This document shows positions 33,660 through 43,410 of a stretch of DNA of 64,000 nt, one piece after another. The DNA is from a virus: IMG/VR virus record IMGVR_UViG_3300032053_000002, positions 108,752 to 172,751 of that record; one strand, written 5' to 3'. Within the stretch, counting starts at the first letter, position 1, and each line of letters starts with the position of its first letter. Below the pieces are notes generated by a model. It was not told where the DNA came from. It made no database searches and worked only from the letters and a program-made list of their open reading frames with translations. The position numbers were made by a program, and so were the translations under genes.

Positions 33660-33971
33660 TCAAGGTTTATTTTTGTTTCTCATAATATAATTTTTCGCCC
33701 ATATGAACGCATCGGCGCTTGAAGCATATCCGACACATTCGAATAAAATTTGTTCCCATGAGTGTTTGCGAGTGTCAATCACTTGCCATACGTTGAAACG
33801 TGCTTTATAATAGATGATAAGGTTTTCAAACTGATAACGCTCGTCGTTTAACGCAACTATCAGACGCACTTTTTCCGACTCTACTCGTTTTTCGTCGATG
33901 TGATTTAATTTTTCACGGCGGCGTTCTTTTAAACCGTACTCTATTTTCTTCTTATTATTATTACTTACCAT
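33660..33971 (-). CDS. hypothetical protein, 103 aa
   Basis: ORF track. Confidence 0.45.
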   Translation of the reverse strand: MVSNNNKKKIEYGLKERRREKLNHIDEKRVESEKVRLIVALNDERYQFENLIIYYKARFNVWQVIDTRKHSWEQILFECVGYASSADAFIWAKNYIMRNKNKP

Positions 33972-34534
33972 TTTTATTCTTGCCTCCTACCCAAACTTTG
34001 AAAACATACGCCGTAAGTGCGATAATAATTCCCGCAAATCCCCAATTTGAATCTAGTGTTAGTACCATAAATAACGCGCATATCAACGAAATAAAAATTA
34101 AGATTCCGCTGACTATAAGTTTTAATGGCTTCATAACTTTTTTCTTTTATTTTATTTTCATATTGGATATTTTTATTTTAATTTTTAACTTTATGTATAG
34201 TATTTTCATATAAAATCCCCCGGCCTTCTTTTTGTTATAGGTGACAGTATCCATCATCGATTAACGATTTAGCAGTACGACCATAAAATCCCTGTAATTG
34301 CCATACCACTCCGGAATCAATCATCTTCTGAAATTCGGTGATGACTTCATCTTCAGTCGCCTCACCATTTTCAAAACGTAAAATAAAATCTAAATTCGGC
34401 ATTATTTTGCTCCTTTATTTTTTCTTGTTTTCATTCCACCACATCACAAATTGTTTCCATACCCACTCTAAAAAATGATAGGCGACAATACAAATTATTA
34501 TATCTATTAGGTATGACAGTACTATTCGCATATT

Positions 34535-34897
34535 TTATACGTGCTCTCCATTATTCAATTTCCGGTATAACTCTTTTACCGTTATCGGCCTGAAATACTT
34601 ATCTCGTTCAAGTCCGCAACCCGGAAAAATTTCTACGGACTCCAGTTCTTTTAGCGATATTGAACCCATTTCAGGCCCCACATCGTCAAACAGAATTGCC
34701 ACTCCCCATAAATAATCGGAGTCTTTCGGATCCTGGTTCATTAGATACCAGGTCGCCCGACCGTAGGGATTAAAGATTTTGGCGACAACTTCCTGTTCGA
34801 ATGACGAACCTTTTGGAAATTGTTTTTTTAATTTAGTCTCTAACTCTTTGGTGAGTAACTTCATTTGCCTATTCCTTTTTGGTTTTTGTTTTAACAA
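34535..34897 (-). CDS. DUF2958-like protein (FNPYGRATWYL motif), 120 aa
   Basis: Motif ...AKIFNPYGRATWYLMNQDP...; recollection of DUF2958 signature, not database-verified. Confidence 0.4.
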   Translation of the reverse strand: MLKQKPKRNRQMKLLTKELETKLKKQFPKGSSFEQEVVAKIFNPYGRATWYLMNQDPKDSDYLWGVAILFDDVGPEMGSISLKELESVEIFPGCGLERDKYFRPITVKELYRKLNNGEHV

Positions 34898-35039
34898 CCG
34901 GTTTTTTAACTTCCGCCAACCACGTTTTAGTCGCGTCAGTATTTTTACGAACCATAACTTCTAAGCAATGCATTTTGTATTCTCCTTGTTATACTCTAAT
35001 ATACGAAATTTAAACCTATTTGTCAACTGAATAAATAAA

Positions 35040-35205
35040 TAGTGCCTGGAGGAGGAGTTGAACCCCCGACCATCCATTCGGGCAAATCTACTAAGGATGG
35101 CTTCTCAGTAGGCGATTCTACTTCAGTCATTTGCCAACCGAAATATATTCTTTTCCTACCTACCCGCTCCGGCGGTTCCGGGCATAATAAATTGTTTTTT
35201 ATCAT
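35040..35205 (-). ncRNA. candidate small RNA / tRNA-like element driven by a consensus promoter
   Basis: Promoter 35211-35239 points into this ORF-poor segment; transcript would end ...GGTCGGGGG TTCAACT CCTCC TCCAGGCA (T-arm-like plus acceptor-like 3' end); 5' segment GCCCGGA could pair with TCCAGGC with one mismatch; internal 7-bp hairpin GCCATCC/GGATGGT; does not fold as a canonical tRNA. Confidence 0.3.
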
Positions 35206-35210
35206 ACCAG

Positions 35211-35239
35211 AATATACAACTATTTAAAGTAACAGTCAA
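35211..35239 (-). promoter_or_regulatory. sigma70-like promoter TTGACT-N17-TATATT
   Basis: AGTCAA 35234-35239, AATATA 35211-35216 on plus strand. Confidence 0.55.
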
Positions 35240-35288
35240 GTGGTATTTTGATTATTTTTTTGAAATGGTATACGAATGTACACCAGTG

Positions 35289-35819
35289 TTATTTTTTAAG
35301 TTTTATCTCTTGTATAATTTCTCCAGTATACGGGTCATATAGATATTCCCGTTTTTTTCCGGTCAAATTTCCAACAGTATAAAAATTACAATTATAACAG
35401 ATCAGTGTTAGATTTTCTAGTTTATAGTTTGTTTTGTCACCATCATTAAACCCGAGCAATAACGGTGTTCTACCATCCACTATTCGTTTTTCATTGAGTC
35501 CACATATAGAACATTTTTCTTCGACCATTAATTCGGCGATTATTTGGTCTCTGAAACGGGTAGTATTCATTTTTTTACCGTTATATTTTCCTTCGAGCGT
35601 CGCTTTGAATCGTTCCCTAGAGAACCCCCGAAACTTTACAGTACCCTTGCCACTTCTATTTTTTCCACCACATTCAAATATACCATAACTCTTCGCGACT
35701 TTCTTGAACGTATTATAACTAATATGGAGATAGCGAGCCGCATCCATATATGAATGCGTTTTATCGATTGCATCTCTTAATGTAACTTCTGATAATTCGA
35801 TTAGTGGTCTTCCAGTCAT
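35289..35819 (-). CDS. HNH endonuclease with N-terminal HTH-like segment
   Basis: 176 aa; CSICGLNE...NGDKTNYKLENLTLICYNCN (HNH-like Cys/His/Asn pattern). Confidence 0.55.
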   Translation of the reverse strand: MTGRPLIELSEVTLRDAIDKTHSYMDAARYLHISYNTFKKVAKSYGIFECGGKNRSGKGTVKFRGFSRERFKATLEGKYNGKKMNTTRFRDQIIAELMVEEKCSICGLNEKRIVDGRTPLLLGFNDGDKTNYKLENLTLICYNCNFYTVGNLTGKKREYLYDPYTGEIIQEIKLKK

Positions 35820-36127
35820 TCGTTTTCCTCATTTTGTAAATTATTCCATAGAACAATGGCTTTTTTTATTGTTTCGGATTTTTCTGATTCTTTTCCGCAT
35901 TCTATACAACATATGGAAACCAAAGTCGGCTCACCGACATATATGTTTGGTATAAGTTTATCATTCCCGCACTTGCAAGGAACTGTATTCTCGTACACTT
36001 CATTTCCCCTGCCCGCGATAAGGTTTTTTATATTTTTTGCTTCCTTTTCTAAAGCGCTTGGTATTCGGAGAATTTCCTTGCCGAGTCTTTTTTGATTTTC
36101 TTTTGCTATTGTCTCGTTTGTATTCAC
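35816..36127 (-). CDS. zinc-ribbon protein, 103 aa
   Basis: CKCGNDK...CIECGKE. Confidence 0.5.
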   Translation of the reverse strand: MNTNETIAKENQKRLGKEILRIPSALEKEAKNIKNLIAGRGNEVYENTVPCKCGNDKLIPNIYVGEPTLVSICCIECGKESEKSETIKKAIVLWNNLQNEENE

Positions 36128-36153
36128 CTATAAAAGCCGCCATAATTTTTCTC

Positions 36154-36951
36154 CTATTTTTGTTTTCCTACCCAAATATAAGTATCACCTTTGAATTTAA
36201 GAGTCTTATGCTCAGAAACTTCAAATTTTGTTTTTAATAAGTCTAATAAATAATACTTTCTATCACAATCATCTTTACTACGATTTTCAAAAATATTCAT
36301 AGTCAAATAAACGTTATTCGAATACGAAAGTATGGAATCGAAGAAAAACTTTGTAGCCGAAACATTCATTTCGGATAAACAATAATCACTGATAGTCAAA
36401 TAACTTTCTTTTTTTTCGACACTGTCAGACGAATTAAATATAACATTGTTTAAATTAAATTTACTCAGGTATTTTTTAGATAACTCTATTGCTTCAGGCA
36501 TATCAACCAATCTATACGAATTAAATTTGTATACGCAACTAGTTATTAGGCATTGACCACCATATGCAGAACCTATTTCGGTTATATCTTTATTATTTAA
36601 GTCGCCAAAATGTTTTCCTAAATCCCCAACAACTTTTATATAGCGCGTTGTATTTGGCGAAAATTTACCGAATTTTTCATATTCGTATATTGGAGGAGAA
36701 CCATGTATATCATTCTTTCTAAACTCGTCGAAGTGATTTATTAAATATGGATATTCTTTTTCAATATAGGTAAGGAATTGTTTTCCTCTTTCAATTCCAT
36801 GGCTATCACACCCAACAATTTGTATGTATTCTCGTAATCTTTTAAATGATGAAAATGTTTCTTCATTTACGGCGGCTTCCTTACAAATTTTTGTATATGG
36901 TTCTGCGAATCTTCGTTCAAGCATCCAATGTCCCTTTACTGTGATAGTCAT
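36154..36951 (-). CDS. putative SAM-dependent methyltransferase, 265 aa
   Basis: ITEIGSAYGGQ glycine-rich motif-I-like segment followed by acidic residue region (LVDMPEA). Confidence 0.4.
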   Translation of the reverse strand: MTITVKGHWMLERRFAEPYTKICKEAAVNEETFSSFKRLREYIQIVGCDSHGIERGKQFLTYIEKEYPYLINHFDEFRKNDIHGSPPIYEYEKFGKFSPNTTRYIKVVGDLGKHFGDLNNKDITEIGSAYGGQCLITSCVYKFNSYRLVDMPEAIELSKKYLSKFNLNNVIFNSSDSVEKKESYLTISDYCLSEMNVSATKFFFDSILSYSNNVYLTMNIFENRSKDDCDRKYYLLDLLKTKFEVSEHKTLKFKGDTYIWVGKQK

Positions 36952-36952
36952 T

Positions 36953-38566
36953 TTAATTATCCTTCTTTAATTTGCTTACTAAAAGTTTCAATTCATAAAA
37001 ATATAAAAAATCAATTTGAGTTTTTAAAAAACATTCGATGGCATCTTTTGGAGTTTCAACAATAGGCTCTCTATCGTTAAAACTGGTATTCAATATTAAA
37101 GGGATTCCGGTTTTTTCTTTCCATTTTTTTAAAAAATTATAATACCATTTATTGTCTTTTTCTGTTACGGTTTGTATTCTCGCCGAACCGTCTGCGTGAA
37201 CTACTGCCGGAACTTTGTTTTTCATATCTTCTTTAAATTTAACAACGATAGACATATATGGACTGTCTACATCTCTAACAAACCAATCTTCTACGTCTTC
37301 TCTCAAAATACTCGGAGCAAAAGGGCGAAACCACTGGCGATGTTTTACTTTTTCATTTACTTTATCTTTCATTTTTATGTCGCGAGGATCGGCAAGAATA
37401 CTTCTATTTCCCAGTGCTCTTCTTCCGGTTTCAGATTTTCCACCATATACGGAAATTATTTTTTGGTTATTCAATAAATCAATGGCTTCTTCATCATTTG
37501 AATTCCGTGATTCGATGTTGCTATATTGTTTAATAGATTTAAAAACGTCCGAATCAGGATAAGAATACCCCAAATACGGAGTGAAATTATCTTTCCAGAA
37601 TATTCGAGGATTGTTGTTGATATGATGCCAAAAGTATTGAGCGGAGCCGATGGCGCACCCAGAATCAGCTGGGGTTGGTGATACGTATATTCCGTCAACG
37701 TTGGGAAACCAATCATAAAGTTTCCCGACCATAACGGAATTAAGAGCCACCCCTCCGGCCAAGCATAAGAATGTTGGGTTGTATTTTTCAATATAGGGCG
37801 ACAATGTTTCTCGAATTAAAATTTCTGTATATTTTTGAAGCGCCGCGGCGACATCAAATTTATATTGCTCATTCTGCTGTATAAGTTCTCGAAGTGCTTC
37901 ACGCGATATAGGAATTTCTTGAGTTACATTTTTGAAAAATCTTTCCGGGTCTCCAAACGCAGACATTGCCATAACCGTTCCTTCCTGAGATCCAATCGGA
38001 TACCCGACAGACAACCCGAATACCTGACTCGTATATTTCTGCCATATCTCTCCGATATTTGGGTCTCCCTGAAATATTTTGATGGGGTATATTTTATTAT
38101 CCACACCTGCCCAAATAGTAAATCCGGAAACTTGTTTACAAATACCACCGTCTTCGCCATTATGAAATTCGTCGCCACCACCATCCATCGTAATAATTAA
38201 CGCATTTTTATAATTGGAAGAAAAAAACGCATTCGCTGCATGAGATTTATGATGCCCAATACCATAACTGGGATTAGTTCCCGGGTCTCCATAAAAGTTA
38301 GCTATTTTTTCAGCTTTTTCATACGTATCAGGGTATCGTTTTTTAATTCCGCCGTGCCATGTCATAACAGGATGAGTAAATGCGTTTATATCACTATAAT
38401 ATGGATATACATTAAACATGAATTCAATAGAATCGGAAACTTTCATCTTCTCTCGCGAAAATCTTTCCAACTCGTGATGAACGGTCGGTATTCCATTTTC
38501 TAATATTGCAAATGAGCAATCATGCCCGCTAAGAAGTCCGCATATTTTCATTTCTTTTATCTCCAT
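36953..38566 (-). CDS. carbamoyltransferase (NodU/CmcH family)
   Basis: 537 aa; N-terminal ICGLLSGHDCSFAILENG Kae1/YrdC-like fold start and HHxSHAANAFF motif typical of this family. Confidence 0.75.
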   Translation of the reverse strand: MEIKEMKICGLLSGHDCSFAILENGIPTVHHELERFSREKMKVSDSIEFMFNVYPYYSDINAFTHPVMTWHGGIKKRYPDTYEKAEKIANFYGDPGTNPSYGIGHHKSHAANAFFSSNYKNALIITMDGGGDEFHNGEDGGICKQVSGFTIWAGVDNKIYPIKIFQGDPNIGEIWQKYTSQVFGLSVGYPIGSQEGTVMAMSAFGDPERFFKNVTQEIPISREALRELIQQNEQYKFDVAAALQKYTEILIRETLSPYIEKYNPTFLCLAGGVALNSVMVGKLYDWFPNVDGIYVSPTPADSGCAIGSAQYFWHHINNNPRIFWKDNFTPYLGYSYPDSDVFKSIKQYSNIESRNSNDEEAIDLLNNQKIISVYGGKSETGRRALGNRSILADPRDIKMKDKVNEKVKHRQWFRPFAPSILREDVEDWFVRDVDSPYMSIVVKFKEDMKNKVPAVVHADGSARIQTVTEKDNKWYYNFLKKWKEKTGIPLILNTSFNDREPIVETPKDAIECFLKTQIDFLYFYELKLLVSKLKKDN

Positions 38567-39560
38567 TTATCATATAATATTTTTTCCAATATTCGATCAT
38601 TTCATCTAACATTTCTTCAAATGTTATTTCCGGTTTCCAACCCGTAGCATTTCTTAATTTGGTCGAGTCTCCCCGTAGTTCATTTAGTTCTTCAGGTCGT
38701 AAATATTTTTTATCAATTTTAACATAATTTTTCCAATCCAATCCTAAAGATGCAAATACATATTCGAGCAATTCCTTAACTGAATGAGATACACCGGTGG
38801 CACAAACAAAATCATCTGGACTATCTTGTTGTAAAATTAACCACATGGCTTTGGCATAATCTTTTGCGTGTCCCCAATCTCTTTTTGCATCAATATTTCC
38901 GAGGACTAACTCGTTTTCCAATCCAAGTTTTATTTCTGTAGCTCTCTTAACAATTTTATTAGTGACAAAATTAGTTCCTCGAACAGGCGATTCATGATTA
39001 AATAAAATTCCATTTGATGCGAATAATTTATATGAATGTCTATAATTTCTTGTAATATTATACGCAAATAATTTCGAGCATCCGTATGGACTTACTGGAT
39101 TTTTTGGCGTTGTTTCTCGCTGAAATCCATCACTATCAATATTGTTTCCAAACATTTCGCTTGAGCTCGCCTGATAAAATTTCGCGTTAGGAGTGATTAA
39201 TTTAATGGCTTCTAATAAGTTCAACGTTCCTATCGCATTCGTCTGTGACGTATAAATAGGTTGGTCGAAACTTATTCTAACATGAGATTGCGCCGCGAGA
39301 TTATAAATTTCGTCGGGCCGTGAATCTTGTAATACACGAATTAGCGAAGACATATCCGTCATGTCACCATAAACAAGTTCTAATTTTTTATGTAATTCTT
39401 TTTTAAACAGATCTTGTAATCTAGATGTTTGATTTTCGGCGACAGAATTTCTTTTTACTATTCCCCAGACTTTATAATTTTTTTCTAATAAGAATCTCGC
39501 TAAATAGCTTCCGTCCTGACCACCGGCACCAGTGAGGAACGCGACTTTTTTTATTCTCAT
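38529..39560 (-). CDS. gmd: GDP-mannose 4,6-dehydratase
   Basis: 343 aa; FLTGAGGQDGSYLARFLLEKNYKVWGIVKRNS N-terminus and YGCSKLFAY catalytic YxxxK are characteristic of GMD. Confidence 0.85.
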   Translation of the reverse strand: MRIKKVAFLTGAGGQDGSYLARFLLEKNYKVWGIVKRNSVAENQTSRLQDLFKKELHKKLELVYGDMTDMSSLIRVLQDSRPDEIYNLAAQSHVRISFDQPIYTSQTNAIGTLNLLEAIKLITPNAKFYQASSSEMFGNNIDSDGFQRETTPKNPVSPYGCSKLFAYNITRNYRHSYKLFASNGILFNHESPVRGTNFVTNKIVKRATEIKLGLENELVLGNIDAKRDWGHAKDYAKAMWLILQQDSPDDFVCATGVSHSVKELLEYVFASLGLDWKNYVKIDKKYLRPEELNELRGDSTKLRNATGWKPEITFEEMLDEMIEYWKKYYMINGDKRNENMRTS

Positions 39561-40771
39561 ACGGAAACTCCTTTATATCTATTTAATATATTACAGATAT
39601 ATTCAACGTCTTCGTCGTTCATTTCGGGATGATTGGGGACGTAAAATCCGAATTGGTCGGCTTTGTTGGCGTTATATAGTAATTTGTTTCCATATTTTTG
39701 AATGTACATCGGCTGAGTACCCATTGAACCGCATATCAGGGGTCTGGTTTCCACTCCGGCGTCAATTAAATCATACGTGATAGCGTATTTCATCGGATGA
39801 ATAACAGGATACGCGAAGTTTGAAACAAAAGTATCGTTTAATGGCTTGGGTTTCCATCCAGGCAAATTTGGAACGTTTTCTTTCCAGATAAGATTTTGAT
39901 ATGTATTAAAATTTTTATTTCTGATTTCAACATTTTTATTAAGTTTTTTGAGTTGTAGTAATCCAAGTTTAGCATTTAAATCGGTTGACCTTAAATTAAA
40001 TCCTGGATGATAAAAAGTCAGAAGCGCATCAAAATTATTTACATTCCAATGTTTTCTAAGTAGATTTCTTTTTTCTTCTGGCAAATCCCTGTCCCATCCA
40101 TGGCTTCGCAACATTAATAACATATGATATAAATCTTCGTCGTTTGTATTCACAAATCCGCCTTCAATGGTCGAAATATGATGTCCGAAATAAGTTGAAT
40201 ATGTGCTGGCGATACCAAAATTGCCTAAATGTTTACCATGATATTTTGTTCCCATTGATTCACAGTTATCCTCAATCAAATCGACATGGTATTGTTTAGA
40301 AATATTTACGAGCTTATCCATATTTGGCGAAAACCCAAGAACCGAAACAGAAATAACGGCGACTATATGGTTGTCGTTTTCTAAGATTGTGGCTAATTGA
40401 TCTAAATCAAGTGTTAAATCATCCATATTACAATCAACCAACACGGGCTTAAATCCAAGTTGTATAACCGGTGATAAGTCTGTCGCCCAAGAAATTGCGG
40501 GGACAACCACTCTAGCATTTCCGTCATAAAATTTTGCATACGCACTATTTTTACTTAATAAAGATAACGCGTACAATAAAAGAAGATTCGCGGACGAACC
40601 ACTATTTACAAACACCGAATATTTAGTTCCGATATATTTTGCCCATTCAGATTCAAGTTGAACAGTTAGTTCACCTTTGGTCAACCTCGGAAATGTTTTT
40701 AACCATTCAATTAATTCGTCAATATCTTGTTTGTCAATTGTATCATTTATTAATGCAATTTTTTTCATCAA
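39557..40771 (-). CDS. DegT/DnrJ/EryC1/StrS-family PLP-dependent sugar aminotransferase (GDP-perosamine-synthase-like)
   Basis: 404 aa; N-terminal LTKGELTVQLESEWAKYIGTKYSVFVNSGSSANLL pattern; genomic coupling with gmd. Confidence 0.8.
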   Translation of the reverse strand: MMKKIALINDTIDKQDIDELIEWLKTFPRLTKGELTVQLESEWAKYIGTKYSVFVNSGSSANLLLLYALSLLSKNSAYAKFYDGNARVVVPAISWATDLSPVIQLGFKPVLVDCNMDDLTLDLDQLATILENDNHIVAVISVSVLGFSPNMDKLVNISKQYHVDLIEDNCESMGTKYHGKHLGNFGIASTYSTYFGHHISTIEGGFVNTNDEDLYHMLLMLRSHGWDRDLPEEKRNLLRKHWNVNNFDALLTFYHPGFNLRSTDLNAKLGLLQLKKLNKNVEIRNKNFNTYQNLIWKENVPNLPGWKPKPLNDTFVSNFAYPVIHPMKYAITYDLIDAGVETRPLICGSMGTQPMYIQKYGNKLLYNANKADQFGFYVPNHPEMNDEDVEYICNILNRYKGVSV

Positions 40772-41471
40772 TAATCCCTTTCTTTTTCATATCATCAATT
40801 ATATCCTGTGATAATGTTCTGTTATCATTGATTAAATTAAAATTTAGAGGCAGGTCAAGTCTTCCTCGTCTTATAGCCTGACATGGTTGAATGACATAAT
40901 CTCTATATGTCGCCAATATTTTATATCCGTCATTTCTCGCGGCATTAGACCCGTATATTTCAAATTCCCATGGCGACCAACCGGGTAATATATATTTTAA
41001 TAAATATTTTCTATTCCATATCGACCACATTGCCGATAATCGGTAATCAACGTTGGGGCGATTAATTATAACATCAAATCCCACTTGCGAACTACAAAAA
41101 TCAAATGGTCGTAATTTACCATCATTCGTTAAACAAAATCTGCCCAACTCATCTGTTAGATAGTTTCCAATTATGTGATTATATATAAAAAAATTAACCG
41201 GTTGCATAATGAATTGATCTTCTGTTGCCCATACAAAAAATTCATCATCAATCGACTCAAAAAAAATTTTCAAATCCGTTGACCACATTTGTATTCCACC
41301 GGTTTGTTTTCCCATAGAAACAAATGTAAAATTACTCGGTAAATTAAATTCGGGCGCATCATACCCCAAAATGGTCACTGATGCGGTTGTACTCCAAAAC
41401 CTGTTAAACAAGTAAGAAAACACTTTTATTAAAGGCAAACATTGGTCGGCAGTTGAAATATAAATCTTCAT
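40743..41471 (-). CDS. hypothetical protein (possible glycosyltransferase), 242 aa
   Basis: ORF track; context. Confidence 0.45.
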   Translation of the reverse strand: MKIYISTADQCLPLIKVFSYLFNRFWSTTASVTILGYDAPEFNLPSNFTFVSMGKQTGGIQMWSTDLKIFFESIDDEFFVWATEDQFIMQPVNFFIYNHIIGNYLTDELGRFCLTNDGKLRPFDFCSSQVGFDVIINRPNVDYRLSAMWSIWNRKYLLKYILPGWSPWEFEIYGSNAARNDGYKILATYRDYVIQPCQAIRRGRLDLPLNFNLINDNRTLSQDIIDDMKKKGIIDEKNCINK

Positions 41472-42733
41472 TTATTAAGCACCATATTCCTTTCTTGAAT
41501 AAATTCTAATATTTCTTTTCTATGTTTTTTTAAATCTTCATTTGATAATTTATCATGCGTGAACACAAAATCTCTTTCATCTTCATCTTTATAGAGTCCG
41601 ACCGTAAATACATAATCACTAAAATTAAGTTGTTTTTTTAATTTAATATTATATTTTTCAGGATTGTTATAAATATCAGAACCTGGCAATGGGACAAACG
41701 TAGAAAGATCTACCGCGTCCGGATTGGTTTTTTTAATAAAATCAATCATATTTTTACTCACATCACTTTCCTGCCCCGGCAATCCTATCATTAAAAATGC
41801 TCTAATTTTAATTCCCGCTTCTTTTGTATTATGGATCGCTTCATAGATTTCACTAACATTAACCCCTTTATTATTTATATCTAAAACATTTTGAGAAACG
41901 TCTTCAATTCCAAAATCTAATTCATAACACCCAGCATCAAACATTTTTTTTAGAACGTCTTTTTCAGCAAAATCTATTCTTGTATTCGCTCTCCATTTGA
42001 TATTCAAATCTTTTATTGTATCGCAAAATTCAAATACCCACTTTTTGTTGGATGTTAAAGTATCATCTTGAAATCTAAATTGTTTTATATCGTATTTATT
42101 AATAATATCACGTATTTCTAGCGAAACATTTTCTGGGCTTCTATATCGCAATCTTCTTTTCCAGATGCTATTGATAGCACAGAAAGAACAGTTGAAAGGA
42201 CATCCACGAGACGCAATTATAGAAGTTGCGTCTTCTCCCCTTTCGCAAAGATATTTACTAATAAAAGAATCTTTTGGAAGAAGATGTCTAGCCGGAAAGG
42301 GCAAATCGCTTATATTTTTTATTAATTTCGCCTCGTATACATTTTTAAGATTGTTTTTTTCATAATCGTTTATCGCATCAATTGTAGATAACTCGCCTTC
42401 TCCAATTATTACAGAATCAAATATTTCATCAACTTTGGATGCGGTTCCATGCATTCCACCGAGAATTATTTTGCATCTATTATCTCTTCCTTTTAGCAAT
42501 TTCGCGAGTTTTAAAACGGTTGGATATTCCGGTGTAGTAGCCGTAATCCCATATATCTCATTTTGTGGCACAAAATTTAACCATCCACGTTCTTCAATAT
42601 TCCGTAAATCTATCATTTCTACCAAAAATCCGTTCGTTTCAAGATATGACGCAATATACATTATACCCAGAGACGGATTGCGTTTCTGGTCTCCTAAAAA
42701 TAGTGATGGTGGTATTATTAGAATTATTTTCAT
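41468..42733 (-). CDS. B12-binding-domain radical SAM enzyme
   Basis: 421 aa; N-terminal cobalamin-binding-like Rossmann segment then CPFNCSFC (CxxxCxxC) radical SAM cluster motif. Confidence 0.75.
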   Translation of the reverse strand: MKIILIIPPSLFLGDQKRNPSLGIMYIASYLETNGFLVEMIDLRNIEERGWLNFVPQNEIYGITATTPEYPTVLKLAKLLKGRDNRCKIILGGMHGTASKVDEIFDSVIIGEGELSTIDAINDYEKNNLKNVYEAKLIKNISDLPFPARHLLPKDSFISKYLCERGEDATSIIASRGCPFNCSFCAINSIWKRRLRYRSPENVSLEIRDIINKYDIKQFRFQDDTLTSNKKWVFEFCDTIKDLNIKWRANTRIDFAEKDVLKKMFDAGCYELDFGIEDVSQNVLDINNKGVNVSEIYEAIHNTKEAGIKIRAFLMIGLPGQESDVSKNMIDFIKKTNPDAVDLSTFVPLPGSDIYNNPEKYNIKLKKQLNFSDYVFTVGLYKDEDERDFVFTHDKLSNEDLKKHRKEILEFIQERNMVLNK

Positions 42734-42739
42734 AACGAA

Positions 42740-43123
42740 TTATTTTTTGTTGTTTTTTAAACGACCTTTATTTTCCTTACGATTTTTATATTTGTTTTCT
42801 TCATTTTTCATTTTTGTTTTTTTAATTTCAGAAAACTTTTCGAAATTTTCTTCTTGTTCGTCAAGTTCTTCAAAATCCTCGATTTCTCTAAGATTTATTT
42901 TAGGCATTTTAATTTTCTCCTCTAAGTTTTTCGTTAGGTCGTTTATGTTTAAATTGGAAGGTACTACTGATACTATTCCGAAATGATGCAATGATTTGAA
43001 GTTCCCCATCGCGAATTTTGTCGCCTCGAAAATGGAATAAGACATCACATCGCACAATTTTTGCGGTTGTGTATGTTCATTTTCCATATAAACCATGTAT
43101 GATTTTAATTGATTTTTTTTCAT
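42740..43123 (-). CDS. Lys/Glu-rich hypothetical protein, 127 aa
   Basis: ORF track; low complexity. Confidence 0.4.
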   Translation of the reverse strand: MKKNQLKSYMVYMENEHTQPQKLCDVMSYSIFEATKFAMGNFKSLHHFGIVSVVPSNLNINDLTKNLEEKIKMPKINLREIEDFEELDEQEENFEKFSEIKKTKMKNEENKYKNRKENKGRLKNNKK

Positions 43124-43410
43124 TTAAATAAATTATTAAACCACGCCGTTATCTTTTTAACTCTTTCATATTTCCATAAGTATTTAGAAAAAAAAATATG
43201 CAAGGGCGAAACATATGTTGCATCTATCAACTCTTGTATTGTGTGCTGATAAATATCATCGGCGAGAATAATGAATCCTATTGTAATAATTACTTTCGCT
43301 ACTATAATGAGAATTATGTAGTGAATAGCAATTGCCAGCCATAATAAAAGAGCGCCAAAAATCACCAAACCAATTCCTAGATATCCATGATGCCATTCTC
43401 TCCAAGTCAT
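43120..43410 (-). CDS. membrane protein, 96 aa
   Basis: Three hydrophobic helices. Confidence 0.45.
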   Translation of the reverse strand: MTWREWHHGYLGIGLVIFGALLLWLAIAIHYIILIIVAKVIITIGFIILADDIYQHTIQELIDATYVSPLHIFFSKYLWKYERVKKITAWFNNLFK

